NCBI RefSeq assembly: GCF_009914755.1 | Contig: NC_060948.1 | Direction: 5' to 3' (one strand) | DNA from: the human T2T-CHM13v2.0 reference genome, Homo sapiens | DNA: 64,000 nucleotides | Part shown: positions 1 to 13,445 of the stretch, piece by piece | How positions within the stretch are numbered: position 1 is the stretch's first letter | Layout: each line of letters starts with the position of its first letter | The notes under the pieces: model-generated | Databases searched by the model: none | Told to the model about the DNA's origin: nothing | What the model saw: only the letters and a program-made list of their open reading frames with translations | Position numbers and translations under genes: made by a program

Positions 1-141
1 AGGCATCCCCCATCTCTTGCACTGTGATATACTTTCTTGCCCTTCCACCTTCTCCAAAGAATGATGCAGCACTAAAGCCCTCATGAAACGCAGCCCCTTG
101 ATCCTGGACTTCCCAGCCTTCAGAATCCTGAGCCAAATGAA
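1..141 (+). mobile_element. MaLR LTR fragment (MST/MLT1-like) in UTY intron 2
   Basis: ccccttgatcctggacttcccagccttcagaa resembles the conserved MaLR LTR 3' part. Confidence 0.6.
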
Positions 142-1248
142 GTGAAATTGAGTTAATATTTTTTTCATTTCAAAAAAGTCACTGCAGTTTAATATACGGC
201 ATTACTCAGTGTTTTATGAAGCTACAGTTCTCCCCAAACATAATGAAACCACTTTCTCATATTTAAAATGTTACTGTAATCAAAATTGGAAAGGATCAAT
301 ATGTGAAAAAAAAATTCCTTAAAATTTAAACCCCATATTGTCTATCTGAAAAGTTCATTCCAAACTAAAATGTTAACCACAACCCACTGAGAATTTATCC
401 TAACTCCAGCATATGAAGATTTAAAGTTCTCAACCAGTATTTTCCCACATTATCCCAGAAAACATCAAATTACTTTTATTTCATTATCATAACTATTTTA
501 AACATTAAGGCAGATCGAGTCACTGTTGCTTAAATCGTATCATTGATACTATAACATGTTTTTCATAAAGCTATTTTCACTTGCATAATCAAAGTTTAAC
601 TCATGTTTCATTTATCAGTCAAATAAAGTGGATTTACTAACTATATATATACACATTATACATACATATATATATTACATTTTAGTTTTCTGATCAGTAT
701 TTGCCCCCAAAACAAACATACAAAGGAGATTATAGGTAAAAGAACTCAGCGTCTGTACTGAATTAAACTACAAAGTAAAACGTCTTGGTAAGTAAAATGT
801 TCATCCTGAGAAAATAATTAGTATTTCCTTGTCAAATACAATAATAAACTGAAATTCTTAACTACTGGCTTCAGCATCTAAAAGATGGCGCGATTGTTGT
901 ACCGTTCTTATTTCACGGGACCAATTGACAACATACAAATACTTTAACAAGATTTTGGTGAGAGGGTAAAAAACGATACACACAGGAATATTCCAGGGCC
1001 AAGTTACGCAACAATTCACGTGGGAGTAACTAAACATGCTGCAATTAATAAGCACATATAGGTTTAAAAATGCTGCTGTCAATGTTGGAGATAACGCAAG
1101 AATTCTACTTTTAAATAATAATAATTTTTAATAAGCAACATGAAGCTACGGCAGCGCTCTTTACGGTCTATTCCTTGCTAAGGTTTCCGGGTTAATACCT
1201 CCACCCTCTTCCCAAGCTTCCCCCTTTATTGCTCCTCCCCCTTTTTAC

Positions 1249-1260
1249 CCGCCATCTTGG
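1249..1260. promoter_or_regulatory. YY1 consensus site in UTY intron 2
   Basis: CCGCCATCTTGG is a full YY1 motif with CpG retained; similar motifs at 882-890, 1969-1977, 2285-2294. Confidence 0.55.
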
Positions 1261-1942
1261 CTGATAGGAGCAGCCATTAACTAAACGACAGTGCCAACTT
1301 TTCACACAAACAACAAATTCTTCCCACTGTGAGCATGACACCTAAGAAACAAGGTTCCTGAATGGAAAAAGCACACACATTCATGAAATCACATTTGCAG
1401 CACTGTGCATCCTAAAAAAGTCAACAAATCACTAAACTTCAGGCTAAACATACACGCATCAGTTTATAGGTCAAATATCTACTGCAAACTCTTCACCGCT
1501 GTAACTTACTTGCTACTTACACTTAGGACACCAGGGATATTTTTTTTAAAAAGGCAAAAAAATGTTTAAAATTAGACACCAAGAGCCAAATACCAAAAGG
1601 CGAGGGGAAGAAGCAGGAAGTTATGAATTTTGAAAACTGTACACATTCACTATTTGTGACGCTAAAATTCAGGAACAAAAGGCCCTAAAGTAACAGGCAT
1701 GTGGTGTAGACCCGGTTTAGCCCGGTCCCAAAGCGTCCGATTTTTTTTTTCCTCAGAGTAGAAGGGAGTCTGGAGCAAGGGGCGAAGTATTCCAGAGTAC
1801 GGGGACAGCAAAGGCAAGAAACACTTTTCCGACCCCTTGGCCATGGAGCAGAGCCAAAATAAATACTGGCTGGGCGGTAAGGAACGCGGGGCCTTGGTAG
1901 AGCAAAGTGCGGACCAAAGACTTTGCGTCTGGTTGCTTTTAC

Positions 1943-2006
1943 CTTGCCTAGTAGGGTCTTCGTTCTGGCGCCATCTTCATGAAGCCTCACGAACCCGAAG
2001 AGACGG
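1943..2006 (-). CDS. UTY: UTY coding exon 2 (64 nt)
   Basis: Acceptor ctctctctctacAG| at 2008-2007; encodes (S)[21 protein letters not shown]; donor AAG|GTAAAA at 1942. 152+64 = 216 nt keeps frame. Confidence 0.97.
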
Positions 2007-2202
2007 CTGTAGAGAGAGAGACACAGAGCTTGTTAATGGTCTGAGAAAGCCAGTGACTTGCTCCTTCCCGAGTCCAAGAGCGACAGCGACAGATTGGTGA
2101 GTGCCAAGCTGAGGATGACCCCGTCATCAACGTGGGCAAGCTGCGTCCAGGCCTTCCCGGAGAGTATCGCCAGCCAACCAGGCGGGTGATGGAGGTGCGT
2201 AC

Positions 2203-2354
2203 CTGTCCATGCCACCAAGCGCCTCCCTTTCCTCGACTGTCAGGCTAACAGACTCCTCTTCACTCTCGCGGCTCGCTTTTCCTTCCGCCATTTTCTTTGC
2301 CTCATCACCGAAGGCAACAGCGGCGGTAGTGAGCGACACTGCGCAGGATTTCAT
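2203..2354 (-). CDS. UTY: UTY coding exon 1 (aa 1-50 plus 2 nt of Ser51)
   Basis: Translates [50 protein letters not shown], the UTY N-terminus (KDM6A has MKSCGVSLATAAAAAAAF...). Ends at donor AG|GTACGC (GT at 2202-2201). Confidence 0.97.
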
Positions 2355-2705
2355 GGAAACAACAAATTTCCAAGTCCCACGACGATACCCAACCTTAATC
2401 GAGTAGTTGAAAAGACGCCTTCAATCGCTGCTTGAGACTGTGACGCCAATTTTATCGCCTCCTCAGCGGCTGCAAGGAAAAAAGCTGAGGCAAAGACTTA
2501 AGCTACCGAAGCACGGGCAGCGGAACTCGGCTACCTGGATCACATCTGGGAAACTACAGGGAAGGCAGAAGCTCGCAGTGCTGGAGAGCACAGCAGAATT
2601 TCTTAAAATCACAAACTTTGCCAGCACCAGCACAAAGTTGTAATTGTGTCACGGGCGAACCCCACGCAGCCGCCGCGACCTCCCCGCTCCCAACCACTTA
2701 GTTGT

Positions 2706-2799
2706 AGCCAATCTAGGCGACTGATTCGTCTCACGTGATCTTTGTTGACTTACGTCAGGCATTGCTCCACTGTACTCCTAGGCTGCTGGGACCCCGCCC
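2706..2799. promoter_or_regulatory. Proximal promoter motif cluster: CCAAT box, E-box, CRE-like site, GC box
   Basis: CCAAT 2708-2712, TCACGTGA 2731-2738, TTACGTCA 2750-2757, CCCCGCCC 2792-2799; no obvious TATA box. Confidence 0.6.
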
Positions 2800-3359
2800 A
2801 GCCAGTTCGCCAAGGACCTAGGAACATGACAGAGGCTGACTGATTCTGACCGCTGGTTGGTTGATGGTCACGTCTATGGAGAAAAGGGTAGTCTCTGGGA
2901 TGGAACAACCTGTAGGTTGTGCTAGTTAAATGCATTAAGATAGAAAATGGAGTGTCTGTGCTGGGTGTTTTTGCAGTTGCGATACGCTTGAAGGGGAAGA
3001 GAGCGATGGGAAGGGCGGCATCGGGCATCACCCACGGGGCGCAAATGCGAAAAGAGGACACCATGGACTTTAGGAGAGTCCGTAATGAGGCTCCCACTGT
3101 CACAAGCCTTGCGAATGCGAGACCTTGCGGGGCATGGCAGGGAAGCTGCGCAGGCCCTAAACCTTCACCCTCAAGACTTTTGGCCCTAAGGCCTTGTCAC
3201 CTCCATAGGCTGGTTCTTTGCCCATTTCCTCTCCACTGACCAAGTCTAAAGAGAAGGCATAATATCTTATGACCTCAGTCGGTAAGCCAGGCCCTAGGGA
3301 ATCAACGTGGCAACTGCATTTATCAGTTCATGATATTATCTAAACAACAAACGATGAGC

Positions 3360-3381
3360 AAAAAAAAAAAAAAAAAAAAAA
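3360..3381 (+). repeat. A22 homopolymer
   Basis: Direct count; not attached to a recognisable Alu or L1. Confidence 0.95.
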
Positions 3382-3605
3382 GTTACTCCACAAACCCAAA
3401 ATGTTTATTTCTATTGTGATAATGATAATTCCGTGAGGTCTCAGTAAGAGTAGGAGCTTCTGTGGACAGGAATTATAAGAACAATAATTAAGACCTTCAT
3501 CACACTTTCAAGATGCAGTAACCCTTAGAAAAGAAAAAAACACCACTTTTTTCTTACTTTCTCAATTGTAACCAAAATTATAAATAATAGGTAAAAGAAT
3601 TTATT

Positions 3606-4466
<861 letters not shown>

Positions 4467-6307
4467 ATTATATGGCATATGTATGTTGAGGAATTGTGTA
4501 TATTTTTCTATGTAAAGAATCTATAAAAAGTCTCATATATATTAAACGCCTCTGTTGATTACTGTTTTCAAAAGACAAATTGCATAATATTCCATGTATC
4601 AAATAGTTTACTGGTTATACCTCCAGATATTAGATATTACAAAAATGTTAATTATTAATGGCATTAGGGGAAATGTTCCTTTATAAGTGAAGAAATGGTA
4701 TCTTTTTTTAAGTAATAGATTTGCCTCCTCCAAAAATAGGTATTATATATTTAAACTTTGATGTTTAAATGAGAGGACAGTTTAGAACTTCCAGACAAAA
4801 AACTATAACACTAGTGAGAGTTTTGGAAATCCCAGCTGATTTTGCTCAGTAACACGTGTTTTCATTGTTATTTTGAAACTAACAACTAACTCTGATTTTA
4901 TAGATTATAGTCTATCATGTTCTTTACTCATTCCATTTCAGTTGAATCGCTACACCACAGAATATTTTCAGTAGCTGTACTATTGAAAATGTTATATTAA
5001 TTGTCATAAGTATATTAGTAAGTATATTAATTGTCATAGTGGTGGCCATCACACCAAGAGGTTTTTGATAATATGCATACATTTGCACAAGCAGACATTC
5101 AAATAATGTAGAATATGGCCTTTTCCAGGAATAAGGCCTACCTGTCTCACTTGAGGCAGGTAATTATTACAAAGTGATAGAGCAACATAGAGGTGGGACA
5201 GAAATTGCAGTAAAGAATGAATTTGAATTCTGGCTCTGTACAGGCTGTACCTTGGAAAAATTAGCTAATCTCTAACCCAACATTATATATCGAATGTAAA
5301 TACAAAGCTGCATCCATCCTCATACCTTCATATACATTTGGCAGATTATAAATCAGACAGTATATAACATTAAGGCCTTACATTCTATGTAACTTTTTGG
5401 ATCTTACCTGGTTTATAAAATGTAACTACAAAAGATACAAAAATATGTATACTGATAAAAGGCTTATTATTTGTACCCTTTGTAGTGTATAATTTGTCAC
5501 ATGTATGTGAAATGGGTATAAAGCATTCAGATTTAGGTTATTCCCTGAAGAGACTAGACTAATGACTTTATATTATTTTTAAAAAAAAATTTAGTATAAC
5601 AACACATGGAAGGTAGGGTGGTATAGCAAAAGAAGAAGTAACAAAAATGAGCATTAATTATCGGAAAATTAGAGGATATAACCATTTAACCTGATATATG
5701 TGAATGCATGTAGCTTATTTTTTAAATTTATTTATTTATTATACTTTAAGTTCTGGGATACATGTGCAGAACGTGCAGGTTTGTTACACAGGTATATATG
5801 TGCCATGGTAGTTTCCTGCACCAATCAACCTGTCATCTAGATTTTAAGCTCTTCATTCATTAGGTATTTGTTCTAATGTTCTCCTTCCCCTTGAACCCCA
5901 CCCCCGATAGGGCCCAAGTGTGTGATGTTCCCCTCCCTGTGTCCGTCTGTTCTCATTGTTCAATTCCCAATTATGAGTGAGAATATGTGGTGTTTGGTTT
6001 TCTATTCCTGTGTTAGTTTGCTGAGAATCATGGCTTCTGGCTTCATTCATGTCCCTGCAAAGGATATTAACTCATTCTTTTTTTATGGCTGCATAGAATT
6101 CTATGTTATGTATATGCTGGATTTTGTTTATCCAGTCTATCATTGATAGGCATTTGGGTTGGTTCCAAGTCTTTGCTATTGTAAATAGTGCTGCAGTACA
6201 CATACATGGGCATGTGTCTTTATAGTAGAATAATTTATAATCCTTTGGGTGTATACCCAGTAATAGGATTGCTGGGTCAGATAGTATTTTTGGTTCGAGA
6301 TACCTGA

Positions 6308-6699
<392 letters not shown>

Positions 6700-7089
6700 T
6701 GTTTCCTGACTTTTTAATGATTGATCACCATTATAACTGGCATGAGATGGCATCTCTTGTGGTTTTGATTTCCATTTCTTTAATGAACAGTGAAGTTGAG
6801 CTTTTTGTCATAGGTATATTGGCCACATAAATGTCTTCTTTTGAGAAGTGTCTGTTCATATCCTTCACCCATTTTTTGATGGGGCTGTTTGGTTTTTTCT
6901 TGTAAATTTGTTTAAGTTCCTCATAGATTCTGGATATTAGTCCTTTGTCAGATGGATAGATTGCAATATTTTTCTCCCATTCTGTACGTTGCCTGCTCAG
7001 TCTGACGATAGTTTCGTTTACAGTGCAGAGGCTTTTTAGTTTAATTAAATCCCATTTGTCAATTTTGGCTTTTGTTGCCATTGCTTTTA

Positions 7090-7352
<263 letters not shown>

Positions 7353-10300
7353 TTAATAAATAGAAAATCCTTTCCCCGTTGTTTCTTTCTGTCATGTTTG
7401 TCAAAGATCTGATGGTTGTAGTTGTGTGATGTTATTTCTGAGGCCTCTGATCTGTTCCATTGGTCTATATATCTGTTTTGGTACCAGTACCATGCTGTTT
7501 TTGTTACTGTAGCCTTGTAGTATAGTTTGAAGTCAGACAGCATGATGCTTCCAGCTTTGTTCTTTTTGCTTAGGATTCTCTTGGCTATGTGGGCTCTTTT
7601 TAGTTCCATATTAAATTTGAAGTAGTTTTTTCTAGTTCTGTGAAGAAAGTCAGTGGTAGCTTGATGGGAATAGCATTGAATTTATAAATTACTTTGAGCA
7701 TTACAGTTATTTTCATGATATTCATTCTTTCTATCCATTAGAATGGAATGTTTTTCCATTTCTTTGTGTCCTTTCTTATTTCCTTGAGCAGTGGTTTGTA
7801 TTTCTCCTTGAAGAGGCCCCTTCACATCTCTGTAAGTTGTATTGCTAGGTATTTTATTTTCTTTGTAGCAATTCTGAATGGGAGTTCACAGATGATTTGA
7901 TTCTCTGTTTGTCCATTATTGGTGTATAGAAATGCTTGTGACTTTTGCGCATTGATTTTGTATCCTGAGACTTTGCCGAAGTTGCTTATGAGCTTAAGCG
8001 GTTTTTGGACTGAGACGATGGGGTTTTCAAAATATATAATCATGTCATCTACAAACAAAGACAATTTGACCTTCTCTCTTCCTATTTCAGTATGCTTTAT
8101 TTCTTTCTCTTGCCTGATTTCCCTGGCCAGAACTTCCAATACTATGTGGAATAGGAATGGTGAAAGAGGGCAATCTTGTCTTGTGGTGATTTTCAAAGGG
8201 AATGCTTCCAGCTTTTTCCTATTCAGTATTTTATTGGCTATGGGTTTGTCATAAACAGATCTTATTATTTTGAAATATGTTCCCTCAATACCTAGTTTAT
8301 TGAGTGTTTTTAGCATGAAGTGGTGTTGAATTTTATCAAAAGCCTTTTCGGCATCTATTGAGATAATCATGTGGTTTTCGTCATTGGTTCTGTTTATGTG
8401 ATGGATTGCTTTTGCTGATTTGCGTATGTTGAGCCAGCCATGCATCCTAGGGATGAAGCTAACTTGATAGTGGCGGATAAGCTTTTTGATGTGCTGCTGG
8501 ACTCAGTTTGCAGTATTTTATTGAGGATTTTCGCATCGATGTTCATCAGGCATATTGGCCTGAAATTTTCTTTTTTTGTTGTGCCTGTGCCAGGTTTTGG
8601 TATCAGTATGATGCTTGCCTCATAAAATGAGTTGGGGAGGACTCCTTCTTTTTCTGTTGTTTGGAATCGTTTCAGAAGGAATGGTACCAGCTCCTCTTTG
8701 TAGCACTAGTAGAATTGGGCTGTGAATCCATCTGGTCCCGTGCTTTTTTTTGGTTAGTAGGCTATTAAATAATTACTGCCTCAATATTAGAGCTAGTTAT
8801 TGGTCTATTCAGGGATTCGACTTCTTCCTGGTTTAGTCTTGGGAGGGTTTATTTGTCCTGGACAAATAAACCCTTCTTCTAGGGTTTCCAGTTTATTTAC
8901 ATAGAGGTGTTTATAGTATTCTCTGGTGGTAGTTTGTATTTCTGTGGGAACAGTGGTGATATCCCCTTATCCTATTTTATTGTGTCTATATGATTCTTCT
9001 CTGTTTTCTTCTTTATTAGTCTGTCTAGCATTTTATCTATTTGGTTAATCTTTTTAAAAAAACAGATCCTGGATTCATTGATTTTTTGAAGGGTTTTTTT
9101 TGTGTGTCTGTCTCCTTCAGTTCTGTTCTTATCTTAGTTATTTCTTATTTTCTACTTGCTTTTGAATTTGTTTGCTCTAGTTTCTCTAGTTCTTTAAATT
9201 GTGATGTTAGGGTGTCGATTTTAAATCTTTCCCACTGTCTGATGTGGGCATTTAGTGCTGTAAATTTCCCTCTAAACATTGGTTTAGCTGTGTCCCAGAG
9301 ATTCTGGTACATTGTGTCTTTGTTGTCATTGGTTTTAAAGAACTTATTTATTTCTGCCTTAATTTCTTTATTTACCCATTAGTTATTCAGGAGCAGGTTT
9401 TTCAGTTTCCATGTAGTTGAGTGGTTTTGTTGAGTTTCTTAATCCTGCGTTCTAATTTGATTCACTGTGGTGTAAGATACTGTTATGATTTCAGTTCTTT
9501 TGCATTTGCTGAGGAATGTTTTACTTCCAATTCTGTGGTTGATTCTAGAGTAAGTTTCATGTGGTACTGGAAGAATGAATATTCTGTTGATTTGGGGTGG
9601 AGAGTTCTGCAGATATCTATTAGGTCCACTTGATGCAGAGCTCAGTTCAATTCTTAAATATCCTTGTTAATTTTCTTTCTTATGGAACTGTCTAATACTG
9701 AGAGTGGAGTGTTAAATTCTCCCACTATTATTGTGTAGAAGTCTAAGTCTCTTTATAGGTCTCTTAAGAACTTGTTTTATGAATCTGAGTGCTCCTGTAT
9801 TGGTGCATATATATTTAGTATAGTTAGTGCTTCCTGTTGAACAGATCCCTTTACCACAATGTAATGCTATTCTTTTGTCTTTTTTTATCTTTGTTGGTTT
9901 AAAATCTGTTTTATCAGAGACTAGGATTGCAACCTCTGCTTTTTCTTGCTTTCCGTTTTCTTGGTGAATTTTCTTCCATCCCTTTATTTTGAGGCTATGA
10001 GTGTCTTTGCACATCAGATGGGTCTCCTGAATACAGCACAGGGATGAGTCTTGACGCTTTGTCCAATTTGCCAGTCCGTGTCTTTCAATTGGGCCATTTA
10101 GCCCAATTTATAGTTAAGGTTAATATTATTATGTATAAATCTGAGCCTGTCATCATGATACTAGCTGGTTATTTTGCACACTAGTTGATGCAGTTTCCTC
10201 ATAGTGTCATTGGTCTATATATTTTGGTGTGTTTTTGCAGTGGCTGCTGCCAGTTTTTCCTTTCCATATTTAATGCTACCTTCAGCATCTCTTGCAAGGC

Positions 10301-11150
10301 AGGCTTCGTGGTGACAAAAATCCCCTAGCATTTGCTTGTCTGTAAAGGATTTTATTTCTCCTTCATTTATGCAGGTTGGTTTGGCTGGATATGAAATTCT
10401 GGGTTGAAAATTCCTTTTTTTAAGAAAGTTGAATATTGGCAACACTCTTCTAGCTTGTAGGGTTTCTGTTGAGAGATCTGCTGTTAGTCTAATTGGCTTC
10501 CCTCTGTAAGTGACCTGACCTTTCTCTCTGACTACCCTTAACATTTTTTTTTTTAATTTCAACCTTAGAGAATCTGATGATTATGTATCTTGGGGTTGAT
10601 CTTCTCATGGAGTATCTTGGTGGTGTTCTCTGTATTTCCTGAGTTTGAATGTTGGCCTGTCTTGCTAGGTTGGGGAAGTTTTCTGGATAATATCCTGAGG
10701 TGTGTTTCCTAACTTGGCTCCATTCTCCCTGTCTCTTTCTGGTACTGCAATCACTTATAGGTTTGGTCTTTTTACATAGTCCCATATTTCTTAGAGGTTT
10801 TATTTGTTCCTTTTCATTCTTTTTTGTCTAATCTTGTCTGCATGCCTTATTTAAGCAAGATGGTCTTCACTCCGATATCCTTTCTTCCGTTTGATCAATT
10901 CAGCTATTGATACTTGTGTATGCTTAATGCAGTTCTTGTGCTGTGTTTTTCAGCTCTATCATGTCATATATGTTCCTCTCTAAACTGGTTATTCTACTTA
11001 GCAGCTCCTGTAACCTTATATCAAGGTTCTTGGCTTCTTTGCACTGGTTTAGACCATGCTCCTTTGGCTCAGTGGAGTTTGTTATTACCCACCTTCTGAA
11101 GCCTACTTCTGTCAATTCCATCCATCTCATCCTCTATTTGTTTCTTTGCC

Positions 11151-13445
11151 TATGGTAGCTATTTGTTTATAAATTTCTCATTTATATTTATAACTATTTT
11201 TGTCTATACTCTTCTATGTCACTGAGCTTCATATCATAATTTTGAATTCTTTATCTGGGTTTTAATAAGGTTCTTTTTCATTGGAATCTGTTGCTGAGGT
11301 ATTACTGTGTCCCTTTACAAAGGTTACCTTTCCTTGTTTATTTATGTTTCTTGTGTCTTTATGCTGCTCTCTGAGTATCTGGTGTAATAGTTGCCTTTTC
11401 TAATTTTTAAAATATGCTTTCACTAGGGAGATTTTTTTCTAAATATATATCTATGGTTTTGGTTGGGTATGGCACTTTGGCTTTCATTCTAGATGTGGGT
11501 AGTAGTGGAGTCTCCATATGATTTCTTTAGGTGTAAACAATGTCAGTGCTATCTTTGATTTCCTCTGTTGCTCAGGGTGTGGCCGTTAGTGGAGGCTGTC
11601 TTGAAGTTTTGCTGTGAATGAGGATGCCAGATAGGCCTGTGCTTGAGCCCAAGAGTGGCATATCCTGGCAGCAGTGTTAGTGGGCCCAGCTTGTTCAGGT
11701 GCTGATAGTGGTAGCAGTGGCCAGGTGGGTGGGTGGATTCTAGACCACTGGGAAGTACATGTGGTATTGAGGTGGAAATTAGAGAAAGAAGAAATAAAAA
11801 CCAAAAGAGAAAAACAAGTTCCTGTGTTAGCCTGTCTCATCCCAAAAATCAGTAACAGACACAGCCCAGGCCCGGGCAAGGTCCTGAAAACACCAAGAAG
11901 TCAAGACCCAAAAGGAATGTGCTCTGGAGACCCTCCCAGCACTCCCCAACATAAGAAAAAGAAAAATAAAATTCCTCTTTTAGCCCTTTACCCACTTTCC
12001 ATAAATATTTTGCAAGTTTTGTAAGGTCCTGTTTCTCCTTTGATGCAGCTGCAATACCACAAGCTATGCTAGAGATTATGAGATCTGTCACTGTTTGATT
12101 AACTGTCTTTATTTCTGCTTCTGTAACCCTTTGTTCTGAGCTCAGTTTTTTTGGATGCAAATCCACTGAGCCAGTGTACATCTTAATAAAAATCCTCCTG
12201 TAAAACCCATTTGGTCCATCTGGTCCTCTGATTCCTGCAACAGTATGAGTAACGGCAGTAACAGTAGTAGCATAACTCTCTGACTCCCAAATAGTCCACA
12301 CTTGTGTTGGCAATGGTTGTAACAGGGTGGATGAGCCAGACCCCAAGACTGTATATAGCACATGCAACTGGCTATTCACTGTGGTGGTAGGGGCAGATTG
12401 GCTGGGCTTGACCCCAGGATCCTGGGAGAAGTGCCCAGGTGCCTGTGGTGGTTGACTGGGTTGGGAAATCCCCAGTACCCAGGAGAGCATGGTTGGGTAT
12501 TTGAGGGGCAGAATAGAGGTCAGATGGGCCTGTTCAGGTCCCTCAGTGGTTCATGCAGGTGCTGGGTGTTGTAGGCAGGATCAGGGTGATCCCTGTGTCT
12601 TTGGTGGGATGCTCCAATTCCCAGTGGAAATGCTGCAGCCCTCCTCCTGGGAAGTATAGGATTGCTTCCAATGGCAGCAGACATATGCTGGCAATTGGAA
12701 ATTATACACATTTCTTGTGGTTTGGCTCCATCGGTACCATCCCACAGTAGGCACAGACTGAGAAGGAGTTTGTCCTCAGGGCACTTGTAAATGTGTGGCA
12801 GCTTCATTTCAGAGGCAGTGGGAGCAGTGGGAGTAACTGGGAAGAGCAAAGGGCATGAGTCAGGGGTAAGGTCACTGTCAATGGCTTGTGCTTCAGCTCT
12901 GGAGGCAGCAGCCAACTGAGGCTATATCTGTGTATGGCAGATGTCCAGGAGGATCCAGGGATATGGAGACCCTGGGGCGTTTGGGCCCCGAAGCAGGGTA
13001 CAATCTGGTCAGGGCTGGCCTCTCAATATGGCACCTTGCTGTGCTTAGGACTCATGGGTGTGTGGGACCTAGTGTAAGCTCCGTCTCTGAACCAGTGCCA
13101 TGGTGTGGTCTCCAGGAGCCTGTGTTAATATTAAGGCCTGTGGGGATTGATGGCTTCTCCCATAGCTAGAATTGCAGAAGTCCATGGTGAGAATATGGAC
13201 CACTGGGAGTCTTTAATTTACCCTTTTCCTGAATTGAGGTGCCTCTCCAGGATCCCAGCCAATCCCAGCCAAGCAGGCTGCCTAATTTCCCTCTCATTCC
13301 TTGCTTTATGTGTTGCTTAATACTTCTGTGTTGAATTTCAGTGTTCTTTCTTATGTGATCTATTTGAAGAGATTATTTGCTATTTTGGTTCTTTGCCATG
13401 GAGATGAGTAGCAGTTCTCCCTGGTCAGACATTTTAAAGCTCCTT
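11151..13445 (-). mobile_element. Older L1 (L1M/L1MA-type) 5' UTR and ORF1 start
   Basis: Reverse strand from ~13445 reads aaaatgtctgaccag...aagaaccaaaatagc...gaacactgaaattcaac, an old L1 5' end; degenerate ORF1-like sequence near 11200-11400. Confidence 0.65.
11768..12242 (+). mobile_element. ERV1 solo LTR (LTR15/LTR4-like)
   Basis: TG...CA termini, 4-bp TSD GTAT (11764-11767, 12243-12246), AATAAA at 12185; 475 bp. Confidence 0.8.

Larger units (their letters stand above)
1700..3160. promoter_or_regulatory. UTY: UTY CpG island / promoter and 5' UTR
   Basis: CpG-rich island in otherwise CpG-poor DNA spanning exons 1-2 and upstream sequence; probable main TSS near 2650 (inferred from motif layout and recalled similarity to the KDM6A 5' end). 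Confidence 0.85.

Noticed and set aside
1504-1520. Two tandem GTAAGT donors on the minus strand in intron 2
   Set aside because: No convincing paired acceptor defining an exon.
1685-2354. ORFs 2127-2354 and 1685-1990 as standalone proteins
   Set aside because: They are UTY exons 1 and 2 reading into introns past canonical donors.
11849-12490. 213-aa minus-strand ORF
   Set aside because: Crosses an LTR/L1 UTR boundary, no recognisable domain; chance ORF.
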